This document shows, piece by piece, positions 62,901 to 64,000 of a DNA stretch of 64,000 bases. The position numbers were made by a program, and so were the translations under genes. A model generated the notes under the pieces. The model made no database searches. It saw only the letters and a program-made list of their open reading frames with translations, and was not told where the DNA came from. Each line of letters starts with the position of its first letter. Position 1 is the first letter of the stretch. Origin of the DNA: Candidatus Kapaibacteriales bacterium (lineage in GTDB: Bacteria; Bacteroidota; Ignavibacteria; Kapaibacteriales; UBA2268); NCBI GenBank assembly GCA_965661945.1, contig CBFIFP010000001.1:515638-579637 (forward strand), read 5' to 3'.

Positions 62901-63203
62901 TAGTTTAAAGGTAACTTCTGTAGTTTTGTTAGCAGATATTCTTACCTTTACAATTAACTCTTCCTGACCTACAAAAGTAATTTTTACCTCATATTCACCG
63001 GACTCGATATTTGTTACAACAAAAGTACCATCGCTTTTAACAATTGCACCTTTTACTGTTCCTAAAACTTGGATCGTTGCGCCTACAGCTGGTTTACCAT
63101 CTGAGGTCTCTACTTTTCCCTTCAATGTTCCATAGATACTGGCTTCTGAATTGTAACTTAAAGTCAGAAACAACGTAATAAGTACTATAGTCAATCTTTT
63201 CAT
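59901..63203 (-). CDS. TonB-dependent outer membrane receptor with N-terminal CarbopepD_reg domain (SusC/RagA-like)
   Basis: 1100 aa. Signal peptide. ..GTLKGKVETSDGKPAVGATIQVLGTVKGAIVKSDGTFVVTNIESGEYEVKITF (carboxypeptidase-regulatory-like). Plug-like region, then a long barrel. Confidence 0.65.
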   Translation of the reverse strand: MKRLTIVLITLFLTLSYNSEASIYGTLKGKVETSDGKPAVGATIQVLGTVKGAIVKSDGTFVVTNIESGEYEVKITFVGQEELIVKVRISANKTTEVTFKLRDSSEMTEEVVVIGDKQMVNKTQIGSQSSFTDTDIRTVTTNNVNQLVALSAGVRNSGTGYTVRGSRDNQTQVRVDGVDITDQFSGGFGGVGRDYFPMVSQSAIEEMQVQTGGFSSEFGSALGGVINTTVGAGRTNRIRGFVNYRTDAPYFNGSSPSNIRLVREDVAIRIENFGEGFKFQGANQNQIEFGIDGPIPFLKNSTFSLSTNNLFEQHRGNSYRILDPAGNNLGQLDNNGSLVRNITPKFAFQITPNTKVIAGGQWGKTNLQNNSWNWLYATDLQTFETRNDENFREVTSSRVTDLTENIYKLGGFELTTVNTYVTLNQTISEKSFFEISARYNLNQQSSGRLLNYDNPSYINGWDFLEPIDNETSIERLNPGSEQIFQPNQAHDYYEGVTIENTLTKDGFQRNAYPIRNIYSGFYEGINSAFGTANPYGINNSFIRHGTGGGYSFQRGTYFQLDGNYNLNFQTNEFFHSFRTGFEVRVNEMHRHANGSPSISNPVGKDIYSDMWGGNLWETDPRALEATQQSRTPWTFAVFVQDQIQFESILVSPGLRLDYFNPMSKFRRADLVDYFIKIEDQYVLNDNNEVVEQDGLFEDSPPQFMLSPRLNISYPITNRQIIKMNYGIYYKVAPLTDMFANYNINHVQVDGLRIGNPNMKPERVNSYEIGYDYQFSDEYAFSVNSYYKDIFNELGVAAVRITPSPYFQTTVSEYGNARGIEFEIRKARSNNHSFRLNYTLSRVMGTADNVNTNLGIQPDRSIPGLEIFPYPLAAYPLGRDIPHDITGIFNLYFLKNDGPSIAGVHILENFDFGLTVNYRSGVPFTVSDMNGNPLGERNADRFPNVFRADLKIRRLLDLGDIFGKSLKGTNVELYLDIFNVTNNRQAVAWNTATKDPDNNLRLTNVQIGQFNATPFYKEGNYADAQSFTINQYDPFGNRIYQADASGFARSDVDRNGIITQQEMFDATLKYYEDQLRFKGNYQLPITVFFGIKVNFQSLLSN

Positions 63204-63427
63204 TAAAGCACCTTAAAATTAATTAATATATATTTGCAATTTTGATTAAACAAAGAAAAAAATGGAGTGATACTCGCTTAAGTATTAATAAATCTCTTTT
63301 AAACTTGAAGTTAGTATAAATTAAAAACATTAATCTCCACTTTTTATATTTAAAACTTTCAAATATATGAAGTTTTTTTTAAAAAAAACAATTCAATCCT
63401 AAATTTTTTAAGAAATGTTAATAAATC

Positions 63428-64000
63428 TTAAAATTTGAAATAAACACCATTAACAAATGAAACATTCGAATTAACATTACCATTCTGATTGTAAAATACA
63501 TTATCATTCTGAAATAACCTAACATCAACACCCATTATATAATTCAATGGTCCAAATATTGGAATCTCAGCATAAAACCTACCTGTTGATAAAACTCCAC
63601 CATTTGATACACCAAAACCTAACCTTCCATTCAAATTAAAATACCTACTCTCCATCAATGAATAATCATAAAACAAACTTGCAAAATACACATTATAAGT
63701 AATTTCAGATTCTAACTCAGTCAAGATCCCATTTGCCATTCTTCTACCGTCAACCAAATCACCTCCCAAACCGCCAGCATCTCTATAAGGAATAGTTACT
63801 CTTCTATTAACATTAAACTGATATTCACTCAAACCAAACTCAACACCAAGCCTAGAACTCTCAGACAAGCTAACAGATATAGACTGAGCAAAACTACTAA
63901 CTCTTCTATTATCAATAGGATTAAAGCCAGTTCTTACAATATCTGACAAGACATTTGACTCAAACGAAACATCTTGCAACTTCAAATCTGGCTGCTCATA
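63428..64000 (-). CDS. outer membrane beta-barrel protein, C-terminal part (gene continues beyond window end)
   Basis: ORF is open to the window edge. Alternating beta-strand pattern. C-terminal ..GVYFKF. Confidence 0.45.
   Translation of the reverse strand, partial: YEQPDLKLQDVSFESNVLSDIVRTGFNPIDNRRVSSFAQSISVSLSESSRLGVEFGLSEYQFNVNRRVTIPYRDAGGLGGDLVDGRRMANGILTELESEITYNVYFASLFYDYSLMESRYFNLNGRLGFGVSNGGVLSTGRFYAEIPIFGPLNYIMGVDVRLFQNDNVFYNQNGNVNSNVSFVNGVYFKF

Noticed and set aside
1-64000. CRISPR arrays, tRNA/rRNA genes, integrases, transposases, prophage blocks
   Set aside because: No spaced direct repeats, no T-loop-like GTTCGAATC motifs in GC-rich spots, and no recombinase-like ORFs were seen.

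Overview
This is an AT-rich bacterial chromosomal window. Most genes are on the minus strand, and most inferred intergenic hairpins sit where terminators are expected. Function calls are from reading the translated ORFs and recalling family signatures, not from searches. Gene content and signals point to an FCB-superphylum (Bacteroidota/Ignavibacteriota-like) organism with a type IX secretion system (T9SS). The evidence is several giant secreted proteins whose C-termini look like T9SS sorting domains (CTDs), a FadL/PorV-like barrel, GWxTD and WG-repeat proteins, Bacteroidetes-style TAnnTTTG promoter motifs, and a Rho with a long N-terminal extension. Housekeeping genes present are nadD, a stand-alone nuoF-like gene, acyl-CoA dehydrogenase, rsmB, an rsmF-like gene, sppA, a phosphoglucomutase, smpB, rho, ppdK, a Ppx/GppA-HD gene and an lpxL-like gene. 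No rRNA, tRNA, CRISPR, integrase or transposase was recognised. The most notable features are: (1) a tight operon of a SusC-like TonB-dependent barrel, a 1693-aa secreted protein with a CTD-like tail (PorU-like?) and a FadL/PorV-like barrel, followed by GWxTD and LpxL-like genes; (2) several apparently disrupted genes (a giant adhesin split by a frameshift plus an in-frame TAG, an OmpA-family gene, an AIM24-family gene) and a 1.4-kb intergenic 'junkyard' at 46.5-47.9 kb with an orphan CTD relic, an ATG-less ORF, a GC-rich structured island with two terminators, direct repeats and a palindrome; (3) a GH2-like ectodomain fused to a multi-TM domain in an operon with a bi-domain oxidoreductase and Ppx/GppA-HD; (4) a membrane-anchored HdrD/GlpC-like CCG Fe-S oxidoreductase.
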